Notes under the pieces: model-generated
What the model saw: the letters and a program-made list of their open reading frames with translations, nothing else
Told to the model about the DNA's origin: nothing
Database searches by the model: none
Program-made: the position numbers and the translations under genes
Assembly (NCBI GenBank): GCA_048938295.1
Contig: JBHLMI010000022.1
Location: forward strand, 1-32,000
Direction: 5' to 3'
Source of the DNA: Promethearchaeota archaeon
Lineage (GTDB): Archaea > Asgardarchaeota > Hermodarchaeia > Hermodarchaeales > Hermodarchaeaceae
DNA: 32,000 nucleotides
Part shown: piece by piece, positions 16,606 through 25,174 of the stretch
Position numbering within the stretch: the first letter of the stretch is position 1
Layout: each line of letters starts with the position of its first letter

Positions 16606-17322
16606 TTATAAGTGAATTTCAAGCTGGCAGCCGTCATCCCCGTGTGACATGCAACTCACTCGCTCAACAGCACGAGCTGGTTTGTCACACATCAATGTGA
16701 AGAGAGTCGGATAATAAGAATTGTGGAAATGACACATCAGGCCTTCATACTTGTAGCTGACTTCTTGATACAAGCAATTGTGAGTTCGAATAATAATTCT
16801 GTTCTCGGTAAACGTAAGACTCGCATTATAACCGAGTCGGTGTAGTGCTTCGCTAAGCTTCTTTCGAAACGTGTTTATACTCATGGGAATGCGATGGTTT
16901 TGTTTCCATTGAGTGGCGGTGTCATGTGCCGATAGGGTACCCATGTCTTTGAACAGTTCAATCGTGTTCTTTTCCCCATATTTCTGGAGCAGTGTTGAGA
17001 TGAGGAGGTCAGCTAGTTGCCAATAACGTCGTGGAGGCGTGCTCGTGATAAGAGCTTTTTGGAGTCGGTATAACTGAGGGGGGCGTCCACGAGAGCGAGG
17101 CTTTTCATTGTCGCTATAACTTTCTGAAATTACCCCCAAGGCGAGGAGATCGATTAAGGCGTATCGGATGGCAGATTCACTGAGATTAGTACCACCGGCG
17201 ATATCGCTCACAGCAGAATCGGGATGTGTGGCTATGAATTCAATAATCCGAGTTGAAGCCTTTTGACTATTTAGGGAAATTTGAGATACAGTCTCATCAT
17301 CTATTACGAATTTGCCAGGCAT
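16606..17322 (-). CDS. Winged-helix transcriptional regulator with a C-terminal Cys-rich V4R/SufR-like sensor domain
   Basis: N-terminal HTH, RGRPPQLYRL, PPRRYWQLADLL, HNCLY...MCHFH...SCMSHGDDGC. Confidence 0.8.
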   Translation of the reverse strand: MPGKFVIDDETVSQISLNSQKASTRIIEFIATHPDSAVSDIAGGTNLSESAIRYALIDLLALGVISESYSDNEKPRSRGRPPQLYRLQKALITSTPPRRYWQLADLLISTLLQKYGEKNTIELFKDMGTLSAHDTATQWKQNHRIPMSINTFRKKLSEALHRLGYNASLTFTENRIIIRTHNCLYQEVSYKYEGLMCHFHNSYYPTLFTLMCDKPARAVERVSCMSHGDDGCQLEIHL

Positions 17323-17546
17323 ATTTCGTTCCTTACCAATGATTTATTTCGTCGCCCTATTTCAAGAAGCATCCCTAGAAGTACCATGTAGGATTTGCCC
17401 ATAGAGGACGCTACCTGAAACGTTTTTTCGCTGGGAGTTTTAGCTCGCTCCACAAGCATGACCTGTAAGCCAGCCTTTGCTAGTGAATACGCCGTGACAT
17501 TCCCGGTTGCACCTAGGCCCGAAACACTAGCATCGAGAGATTCCAT
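17304..17546 (-). pseudogene. Decayed 5' fragment of a FixC/ETF:quinone oxidoreductase-like (or geranylgeranyl reductase-like) flavoprotein
   Basis: Degenerate GxGxxG (SGLGATG) and AYSLAKAGLQVMLVER. Adding one A to the A6 run (T6 at 17423-17428) restores EKNVSGSVLYG, and a stop follows 11 codons later. The GGTGA SD is retained. Confidence 0.7.
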
Positions 17547-17731
17547 GAACGTCTCACCAATTCAGAAGGAATGCATACTTAACCAAGAGTACATAAAAAA
17601 GTCTATGTTACCAGGTTCAGAAGGATAGGTTCATGACATGACGTAATTATGTATCTACAAGAACCTGAGTATTGAAAATAGCGAGTCAGTAGCTCTTTAT
17701 GTAGGATCAACGATATTTTCGTGTGGTCATC

Positions 17732-18106
17732 ATGAAAGATGAAGAGGCAAATCCCAACTATCGAAACGAAGCAGCGAAAATGCGAACAGCCCTCGCAACG
17801 GTCCGAACCCTTGAAGCCATCCGACGAACAAAACTTGCTGAACTGCGAACTGGCATTTCTATTCTAGCTATTACTCTCTCCATTCTAACAATCCTAATTA
17901 CAACATCAGCATTTTGGGATCCTAGCACAGTATTTTACCTATTATTGATGGTGGCAGCCATGATTCTCTTTCTTCTTGGTATTGGTGCTTACTTCTTTTA
18001 TCGTGGATTACATGGTATGCGAGAAATCGATAAGCGTCGAGAGCGTCTCAGTATTGATATTGACTCATTAGACGAAACATATCATAAGATTTTCAATGAA
18101 GCTTAA
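17732..18106 (+). CDS. DUF202/YidH-like small membrane protein
   Basis: Repeated RTxLAxxRT motif followed by two TM segments. TTTATGTA box at 17696-17703. Confidence 0.7.
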   Translation: MKDEEANPNYRNEAAKMRTALATVRTLEAIRRTKLAELRTGISILAITLSILTILITTSAFWDPSTVFYLLLMVAAMILFLLGIGAYFFYRGLHGMREIDKRRERLSIDIDSLDETYHKIFNEA

Positions 18107-18121
18107 ACGGGTAGTCTCAGA

Positions 18122-19414
18122 TTATTGTATACTCTTGGCATTAAAAGCCAGAAAAGGCGTTTCTAATTCGTCGATGGTAATTGAGCCATGATTTCCTTTG
18201 AGACTCATCCAAGGTAGAAGCCCTGAAGAGTCGAAGGTAAATTCTTTCCGATCAACACTTAAGAGCACACCATCTCGACCAATCATCAGGAGGTCACCAA
18301 GTCGTTGAATAATCGCTCGGTTAATAGGCGTGGGGAGAAGTCCACTTTGATTAAGTTCCTTGGGATCTAGAAGGATTGCACGACCTTCGGTTCGGGTGTG
18401 CAGCCACTTCCTGAGTTTACGCCGTTTTTGGGAAGTTTTACAATAAAAATGAGCCACTCTTCCTGAGTGTCCAGGAGGAACAATAACGGTGTCCCGTACT
18501 TCATCGAATTCCTCTTGGGGGATGACAACAGCCTGGTCTTCTTGGAACGAATTTTGTCCGTGATCGCTGCAAAGTACAATCGTGGTTTTCTTTGCTTCTG
18601 AGGAGGGAATGCTTTCGATGAAATCGCGAAGATGATGATAAAAGGCGTTACACCCAGCCCGATATTGCGGTGAAGTGATTCCATATTTGTGGGCAAGGGT
18701 ATCAACGAGAGGAAAATAGATTGTGGCAAGGAGTGGAGGCGAAGGATATTCCTCTAACACCCTATGAACCATACCGAAACCATCAATGAACCCACTGTAA
18801 GGCACGACATCTTCTGGGAAGACATAAAACCGTCCGAGCCCGGTGCCTGGGATTTCACGGGGTAATCCTTGAGCATACACAAGATCAGAGTGTGTTTCTT
18901 TGAGAAGCTCTGAAATTCCTTTAGTCCACTGAAGTGCCCTTACATTAACGCCTGCCTGGGCGATGGCATCACGAAATCGAGTATTTGCACCAGACATCCT
19001 GAGTGTATCGATTAGAGCCCCATATTCTTTGAAATAGATCACATGTCCAAGAATTCCATGAGCGCTTGGTGGGAGCCCCATGTAGATACTGGAAATAGCC
19101 GCGGAGGTAATCGAAGGAAAAGTACTGCTTAAACTGATGCCTTCGAGTTCTTCAAAGAAACTGGCGAGTCTGGTTCCCTGAATATTTTGTATGCCCAGGC
19201 TATCAACAATGCAGACAATGACCCGATGGGCATTTGTGGCGTTGTTTGCTTTAAGGTGTTTCAAAACTTCCTTACTTCCAAAGAGATCGTCCCGTGGAAG
19301 AGCCACCCCCATACATCGTAGGGCTGTAGGTAAGATGCGATAGATATTCTGTTTATAATCTGGTTGAAACAGATCGTTCGTTTTCTTCAGAGGGGCAAAC
19401 TTCAATGACACCAA
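18122..19414 (-). CDS. Alkaline phosphatase superfamily, type I phosphodiesterase/nucleotide pyrophosphatase
   Basis: IVDSLG, STFPSITSAA, PSAHGILG, DTLAHKYG, SDHGQ and GNHGS metal-binding motifs. Start uncertain (TTG 19414 or GTG 19411). Confidence 0.88.
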   Translation of the reverse strand: MVSLKFAPLKKTNDLFQPDYKQNIYRILPTALRCMGVALPRDDLFGSKEVLKHLKANNATNAHRVIVCIVDSLGIQNIQGTRLASFFEELEGISLSSTFPSITSAAISSIYMGLPPSAHGILGHVIYFKEYGALIDTLRMSGANTRFRDAIAQAGVNVRALQWTKGISELLKETHSDLVYAQGLPREIPGTGLGRFYVFPEDVVPYSGFIDGFGMVHRVLEEYPSPPLLATIYFPLVDTLAHKYGITSPQYRAGCNAFYHHLRDFIESIPSSEAKKTTIVLCSDHGQNSFQEDQAVVIPQEEFDEVRDTVIVPPGHSGRVAHFYCKTSQKRRKLRKWLHTRTEGRAILLDPKELNQSGLLPTPINRAIIQRLGDLLMIGRDGVLLSVDRKEFTFDSSGLLPWMSLKGNHGSITIDELETPFLAFNAKSIQ

Positions 19415-19609
19415 GGAGCACCTCTTTCAATGAGTCTTACTCGGTAGCATCAAATTTAGTTGATATAAATCTACACCACAAGAATGAAATTTCCAGATTA
19501 TGGGAAAATTGGGTTTCTCAGGCGTTCTATCCCGTGGGACGAAAGACTCTTTATTACAACCTGCACATGTGTCTAGAAAAGGAGTAAGCGGCTCAGGGGA
19601 AGACAGACC

Positions 19610-20509
19610 GTGATTAAAGGCTTCGCCGTCTTTCGCATGGACCCAAAAATCGGACCCCAATATGTCTATCAAAGCGACACGATTGAGACGATAACTCATC
19701 AAGAGGTCCTTGCGATTTTTGCTACCCACAACTTGTTCCGTGAGGGTTTTCGTGGTGTCCATGTGAGTAACCGGACCTGGGCTACCTATGTGTTTCCACC
19801 CTGGATAATTGCGCTGTTTTTAGGTCCCGATGAACCCATTGGGCCACTCCGGGAACCCATGAAAAAAATCCTCAACGCGAGTAAGCTCTCAGAGGAGCCC
19901 AAGCCAGAAGAGTGGAAAAACCTCTACCACGAGCTCCTTGTTGAAATCCAGAGCTCTCCAGTTGCAGATTTGTTGACGTCAAAAAAGACCACGGATTTCC
20001 TCAAGGAGATGATTGAATTGGATATCCTGTATTTTGATCCCCACTTCAACTTTGAAATCGGAACCACCTATCCTGCAGCTGACCATCTGACCGGTCTAAA
20101 CAGCTATGATACACGATTGTTCTTAGAGAAGCTCACCTTAGCAGGCATTTTTACCAGTGAGCCCGTGATTGGTGTCACGCATTGTCCCATCTGTTTGGGG
20201 TTCAAGGTGGTAAGTCGCTTGGCTTGCCCGCAATGCAGCGTTACAGCTCTTGATGTTGTCCGCTACCCAACCTCCAGGGAAGGAAGGTCACAAAAAGCGA
20301 ATACCTCTGGCAAACCAATGGAACTTTTCTATTCGTGCCTGACCTGCCAACACACTACTAGTGAACCTGTAGTAACGCTATTATGCACAGAGTGTGGGTC
20401 TCAGTTCCAACCAGATGAAGCAGCTTATCGAAATATGGATCGACTAGTATTGAATCAACCCATCGCTGAGGGACTCATTAAGAAAGTTGAAGATGAGTCA
20501 TCTGATTAG
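19610..20509 (+). CDS. Hypothetical protein: longin/uDENN-like N-terminus plus a TackOD1-like helical/Zn-ribbon C-terminus
   Basis: N-terminal beta strand FAVFRMDPKIGP; four CxxC motifs (CPIC, CPQC, CLTC, CTEC). The fold assignment is by eye only. Confidence 0.6.
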   Translation: MIKGFAVFRMDPKIGPQYVYQSDTIETITHQEVLAIFATHNLFREGFRGVHVSNRTWATYVFPPWIIALFLGPDEPIGPLREPMKKILNASKLSEEPKPEEWKNLYHELLVEIQSSPVADLLTSKKTTDFLKEMIELDILYFDPHFNFEIGTTYPAADHLTGLNSYDTRLFLEKLTLAGIFTSEPVIGVTHCPICLGFKVVSRLACPQCSVTALDVVRYPTSREGRSQKANTSGKPMELFYSCLTCQHTTSEPVVTLLCTECGSQFQPDEAAYRNMDRLVLNQPIAEGLIKKVEDESSD

Positions 20510-20523
20510 CTATTCTTACTAAC

Positions 20524-21075
20524 CTAAATTTTATCCCAGGGTTTTCCAGCTTTCTCATATGAAGAATAAATTTTCTTTGCGAGGGATTCAAAAACATTGT
20601 TCACATGAAGGTCATCTTTTGCGCTTGTTTCAATGAAGTCCATCTTCAATTGCTTTGCGGCCGTTTTAGCTGCCGATTCTTCTACGACACGTTGGTCTTT
20701 CAAATCAGTTTTGCAACCGACTAGGAGGAGTGGAATACCCTCACACCGTTGATAGACCTGCTGCATCCAGTGATCAACCCGATCAAAAGATTGCTGATCA
20801 GTAACATCATAGGCGATGATTGCTCCTGCAGCGCCTTCAAAGTATAAACCACGAATGAAATCAAAGCGTTCTTGTCCGCCTGTATCGTAGATGACGAGTT
20901 TGATATTCGTGTCATCTTTGAGTTTGATCTGCTTGGTGAAAAAGTCGACGCCTAAGGTGAAGAGATAACTTTCATCAAATTGACCGGTGGTGTAACGGCG
21001 GGCAAGTGAGGTTTTACCGACCCCTGCGTCGCCGACAACTATGACTTTGTAGACAACTTCAGCTAGTTCTTCCAT
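20524..21075 (-). CDS. Rab-like small GTPase (eukaryotic signature protein type)
   Basis: G1 GDAGVGKT, G2/RabF1 TLGVDF, RabF2 KLVIY, G3 DTGGQERF, RabF4 YFEGA, RabF5 IAYDVT, G4 CKTD and G5 ETSAK. No C-terminal prenylation Cys. Confidence 0.93.
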   Translation of the reverse strand: MEELAEVVYKVIVVGDAGVGKTSLARRYTTGQFDESYLFTLGVDFFTKQIKLKDDTNIKLVIYDTGGQERFDFIRGLYFEGAAGAIIAYDVTDQQSFDRVDHWMQQVYQRCEGIPLLLVGCKTDLKDQRVVEESAAKTAAKQLKMDFIETSAKDDLHVNNVFESLAKKIYSSYEKAGKPWDKI

Positions 21076-21302
21076 CCAGTGTTCACCCTCTGGGTTTCTA
21101 ATTTATCACTCCCTGACATGCCTTTAAGTGCTTCGTGTTGAAATCGGGGCATGGGCTGAAGGTTAGGGTATCTACAATAAAAGTAGCTTGATAGCATGTA
21201 GCCTTGCTAAATCCTAAATTCCTAGTTGGAAGCGAAAGTCCTTTTGGGGAAAAGGTTGCAGTAGAAGGGTTACAATCCTAGAAGTTTTTGATGGCGGTTA
21301 TG

Positions 21303-22613
21303 ATGCCTGAAATGATTAATCAATACAACTTACCTGTTGATCAATTACCTCGACGTTGGTACAATCTCGCAGCAGATTTACCTGAACCCTTACCACCTCC
21401 GATGGACCCGAAGGATGGGCCCTCGCGGTTAGAAATGCTTCCTAAATTTCTTTTGAAGTCAGTTTTGGAACAAGAGAATTCCACGGATAGATGGATAGAC
21501 ATACCCGCAGGAATTCGCGAACTCTACATTCAAGCCGGTCGTCCACGTCCGCTCATGCGCGCATTACGCTTAGAGAAAGCGTTGAAACTTCCTGAAAATA
21601 TTCGTCTGTATTACAAACGTGAGGACCTTTCGCCCACAGGCTCACATAAAGTCAACACGGCATTAGCTCAAACCTACTATGCTGCAAAGGAAGGTTATTC
21701 AGAGGTTACTACCGAGACTGGCGCTGGCCAATGGGGATCAGCGTTATCTTATGCTGCTTCATTGAATGAGCTAAAATGTCGAGTTTTTTGGGTACGAGCA
21801 GCATATCGTTGGAAACCGGGTCGACGGACTCTCATGAATTTGTATGGCGCTGATGTCTTTGCTTCCCCCAGTAAAGAAACGGAGTTTGGGCGCAAGCTCC
21901 TTAGAGAGAATCCACAGCATGTCGGAAGTCTAGGCATTGCAATCAGCGAAGGCATCGAAGACGCACTGAATCGGGATGGAAGTATCTATTGTTTGGGTAG
22001 CGTACTCAGTCATGTATTGTTGCACCAGACAGTCATCGGATTAGAAACCATTGAGCAATTTAAAATTGCAGAGGATACTCCCACACTCCTCGTTGGATGT
22101 TTTGGAGGCGGAAGCAATTTCGGTGGATTTAGCCTTCCCTTCATCGGTGAAGTCCTCAAAGGGAAACGTGAATGTGCTTTCCTTGCTGCACAAAGTGAAG
22201 CATCACCAAACCTCGTCAAAGGCAAATACATGTATGACCACGGAGACCACGCAGGATTCACACCCCTGCTGAAAATGTATTCTTTGGGTCATGATGTTGA
22301 AATGCCAGAAATTTGGGCTGAAGGGATCCGATATTCTGCTGCGGCACCCATTATGAGTGCTGTGAGGAACCTTGGCATGCTTGACGCAATAGCCTATCCT
22401 GTTGATGAGGTTTATGTGTACAGCCAAGCGCGACGGTTTATTCAAACCGAAGGTTTCATCCCAGCACCAGAGTCTTCGTATGGTATCGCTGGAGCCATTG
22501 ATAAGGCTCTCGAATTCAAGAAAAAAGGCGAAGATGCTGTGATCGCCTTCAATGTTTCTGGACACGGCTTTTTGGATATGCAAGCTTATGCTAAACCATT
22601 GAAACTCGAATAA
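21303..22613 (+). CDS. trpB2: Tryptophan synthase beta chain 2 (TrpB2), PLP-dependent
   Basis: LPRRWYNLAADLP, SPTGSHKVN (PLP Lys), TETGAGQWG, GGGSNFGG and SGHGFLD. Start ambiguous among 21288-21312. Confidence 0.9.
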   Translation: MPEMINQYNLPVDQLPRRWYNLAADLPEPLPPPMDPKDGPSRLEMLPKFLLKSVLEQENSTDRWIDIPAGIRELYIQAGRPRPLMRALRLEKALKLPENIRLYYKREDLSPTGSHKVNTALAQTYYAAKEGYSEVTTETGAGQWGSALSYAASLNELKCRVFWVRAAYRWKPGRRTLMNLYGADVFASPSKETEFGRKLLRENPQHVGSLGIAISEGIEDALNRDGSIYCLGSVLSHVLLHQTVIGLETIEQFKIAEDTPTLLVGCFGGGSNFGGFSLPFIGEVLKGKRECAFLAAQSEASPNLVKGKYMYDHGDHAGFTPLLKMYSLGHDVEMPEIWAEGIRYSAAAPIMSAVRNLGMLDAIAYPVDEVYVYSQARRFIQTEGFIPAPESSYGIAGAIDKALEFKKKGEDAVIAFNVSGHGFLDMQAYAKPLKLE

Positions 22614-22675
22614 CAAGAGAGTAAATCTCTAATAAAGATGGCACCACTACATAATCAGAGCTACTTAACCTAGAT

Positions 22676-23086
22676 TTAGCCTGATCGTTCAAGTTCTTTG
22701 ATTAGAGACTTAATTTTTTTACCATACTCCTCAATCTGATAACCCATATATTGGGCACGCGTGGGTAGTTCCATAAGCTGATCGCCTAGCTCTTTCAGGT
22801 CGAGATAATTCAACTCGTGAATACGAGTGGCCAGAGGATGGTTGCGTTTCTGAAGGGTGTCATCCATATCATCCATTCGTATCTGCACATCAAGCATAAT
22901 CGAGGAAGCTTGCTTGGCAGCATTCTTTTGCCCTGAAAATTCGCCATAAGGAAAGAATAGCCGCCAAAATACATACCGGCTCTTTGGTCGATTAATTTCA
23001 TCAAGTAGTTCGAGAATACGATTGAGCAAATCGATAATATGGCGTAATTGTTTAAGAATTGGGTCTTGTCCCAACGGGATGCACAA
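22676..23086 (-). CDS. Hypothetical helical protein
   Basis: 136-aa ORF directly downstream of oppF on the same strand, with amphipathic helical pattern and no recognised motif. Confidence 0.6.
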   Translation of the reverse strand: MCIPLGQDPILKQLRHIIDLLNRILELLDEINRPKSRYVFWRLFFPYGEFSGQKNAAKQASSIMLDVQIRMDDMDDTLQKRNHPLATRIHELNYLDLKELGDQLMELPTRAQYMGYQIEEYGKKIKSLIKELERSG

Positions 23087-23106
23087 CCAGCTACAAATGC
23101 TGGCAA

Positions 23107-24162
23107 TTATGCTTTAGCCTTTTCCTTTAATACATCCGCAGGATCAAATCCAAGATGCAAGGGAGGACGGGGGAACCAACAGGAAACCCAATGACCAGGT
23201 TCTAGCTCTTCTAGCGGAGGTTCTTCGCGACGGCACTTGTCCTGGGCAAATTCACAGCGTGGGGCAAAAAGACAGCCTGGTGGCGTGTTGATTGGGCTCC
23301 CAGGTTCACCAGGGAGTACTTTCCGTTTTCTTGACGTTGTTGGGTCCGGTGAGGGAACTGCGGAAATCAATGCTTGACTATAGGGATGAACAGAACTATG
23401 AATCACCTGCGTGATAGTCCCTTTCTCCATGATTTTACCTAGATACATGATCGCGATGCGATCGCCGATATAGCTAGCTATTGACAGGTCATGGGTAACG
23501 TATACGTAAGCAATATGGAATTCTCGTCGGATTTTTTCAAGCAGATTGAGAATCTCAGAACGAATGGATACATCAAGCATAGAGACGGGTTCATCAGCAA
23601 CGATGAATTCGGGGTTCACCACTATTGCGCGAGCGATTGCCACGCGTTGTCGTTGTCCACCGCTGAGTTCATGGGGGTATCGGAAGGTAAAGTCTGCCGC
23701 TGGTACAAGTTGCACAGCTTCTAATGCACGAACCACCCTTTCTTCTTCGTCAGCAGTATCTTGAGCGATTTTGTTCAATCGAAGGGGTTCAGAAATGGTA
23801 TCATAGAGACTCAGCCGTGGATTCAGTGAAGAATAGGGGTCTTGGAAAATCGTTTGCATCTTGGCCCTCAGATTTCGGAGGTGACGGCGGCTAACTTGGC
23901 CGATGTCCTCGCCACCAAATGTGACCTCACCCGCAGTGGGTTTTAAGAGTCCGATGAGGAGTCTTCCAGTCGTTGTCTTGCCGCATCCCGATTCGCCAGC
24001 AAGGCAGTAGAGTTCTTCAGGATAGATATCAAGGTCAACGCCGTCTACAGCTTTAAGATATGTTTCACCGCCAATGAGCTGAGAAAAGAATCCAGCACTG
24101 ACAGAAAACCATTTTTTCAGACCACGACAAGATACAAGGGGTTGTTGCGATTTGCTCATCAT
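23107..24162 (-). CDS. oppF: Oligopeptide/dipeptide ABC transporter ATP-binding subunit (F-type)
   Basis: GESGCGKT, QDPYSSLNPR, LSGGQRQR, VADEP, HPYSQAL and GCLFAPRC...C...C. ATGA overlap with the upstream gene. Confidence 0.92.
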   Translation of the reverse strand: MMSKSQQPLVSCRGLKKWFSVSAGFFSQLIGGETYLKAVDGVDLDIYPEELYCLAGESGCGKTTTGRLLIGLLKPTAGEVTFGGEDIGQVSRRHLRNLRAKMQTIFQDPYSSLNPRLSLYDTISEPLRLNKIAQDTADEEERVVRALEAVQLVPAADFTFRYPHELSGGQRQRVAIARAIVVNPEFIVADEPVSMLDVSIRSEILNLLEKIRREFHIAYVYVTHDLSIASYIGDRIAIMYLGKIMEKGTITQVIHSSVHPYSQALISAVPSPDPTTSRKRKVLPGEPGSPINTPPGCLFAPRCEFAQDKCRREEPPLEELEPGHWVSCWFPRPPLHLGFDPADVLKEKAKA

Positions 24163-25163
24163 TGTACCTCCTGTTTGCCCGGAGACCATTTATCATCTTT
24201 GATTCGACCACTCGCTAGATGACAAGCGGCTTTGTGTATTGGGCTAACCTCCAATAAAGGAGGATCTTCAACCGTGCAGAGATCTTGGGCATACATGCAC
24301 CGAGGATGAAATCGGCAACCAGTCGGTGGATCTAGGAGGTTTGGAGGGGATCCAGGAATTGATGCCAGGGTCTGATTGCTGGATTTCTCAATGGAAGGAA
24401 TTGAAGCGATGAGGCCTTGAGCATATGGATGCCAGGGTTTCTGAAAGATTTCTAGAACAGATCCAGTTTCTACGATTTTACCTGCATACATGATGATGAC
24501 ATGTTTGCAGGTTTCAGCCACGACGGAGAGGTCGTGGGTGATTAGCATGAGTGTAATCCCCAATTCCTTGACGAGTCGTTTTAGCAATTGCATGATTTGA
24601 GCTTGTACAGTGACGTCTAGGGCAGTCGTGGGTTCATCAGCTATAAGAAATTTGGGATCACAAGCCAGAGCCATTACGATCATGGCTCTTTGTTTCATGC
24701 CCCCACTGAATTCGAAAGGATAGTGGTCGATTCGGTCCGGATCCATTCCCACGAGTTTAAAGAGTTCACGAGTTTTTTCTTTAGCCTCCTCTTTGTGGAG
24801 GGCATGATTATGTTTGAGCATCGCTTCACTGACTTGGTCGCTGACTCGGAGAATGGGATTGAGTGCATTCATGGCACCTTGGAAAACCATAGAAATATTT
24901 ACCCAGCGGAAATCCCGCATCTCATCGACACTTAGCCTTGCTATATCCTGACCATCGAAATAGATGTGCCCACTCATAATTTGTCCAGGTTCAGGAAGCA
25001 TACGGAGAATGGCAAACGCAACCGTAGTTTTTCCGCATCCTGATTCACCGACTAAACCAACGGAATCACCAGACTCAATCTCGAAGCTGATATCTTCGAC
25101 AGCTCGACAATCACCCCGACGCATACAATAGTAAACTACGAGATTTTCAACCTTTAATGACAT
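24159..25163 (-). CDS. oppD: Oligopeptide/dipeptide ABC transporter ATP-binding subunit (D-type)
   Basis: GESGCGKT, FQGAMNALNP, FSGGMKQR, ADEPTTALDV and GCRFHPRC. Confidence 0.92.
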   Translation of the reverse strand: MSLKVENLVVYYCMRRGDCRAVEDISFEIESGDSVGLVGESGCGKTTVAFAILRMLPEPGQIMSGHIYFDGQDIARLSVDEMRDFRWVNISMVFQGAMNALNPILRVSDQVSEAMLKHNHALHKEEAKEKTRELFKLVGMDPDRIDHYPFEFSGGMKQRAMIVMALACDPKFLIADEPTTALDVTVQAQIMQLLKRLVKELGITLMLITHDLSVVAETCKHVIIMYAGKIVETGSVLEIFQKPWHPYAQGLIASIPSIEKSSNQTLASIPGSPPNLLDPPTGCRFHPRCMYAQDLCTVEDPPLLEVSPIHKAACHLASGRIKDDKWSPGKQEVQ

Positions 25164-25174
25164 TATGATTTCAC

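Noticed and set aside
17561-17625. Direct repeat TTCAGAAGGA x2 upstream of the pseudogene
   Set aside because: Two 10-mers with no further copies or symmetry; too weak to call a binding site.
22616-22630. Hairpin AGAGA-GTAAA-TCTCT between trpB2 and the convergent gene
   Set aside because: Only 5 bp, mostly A-U, and expected by chance.
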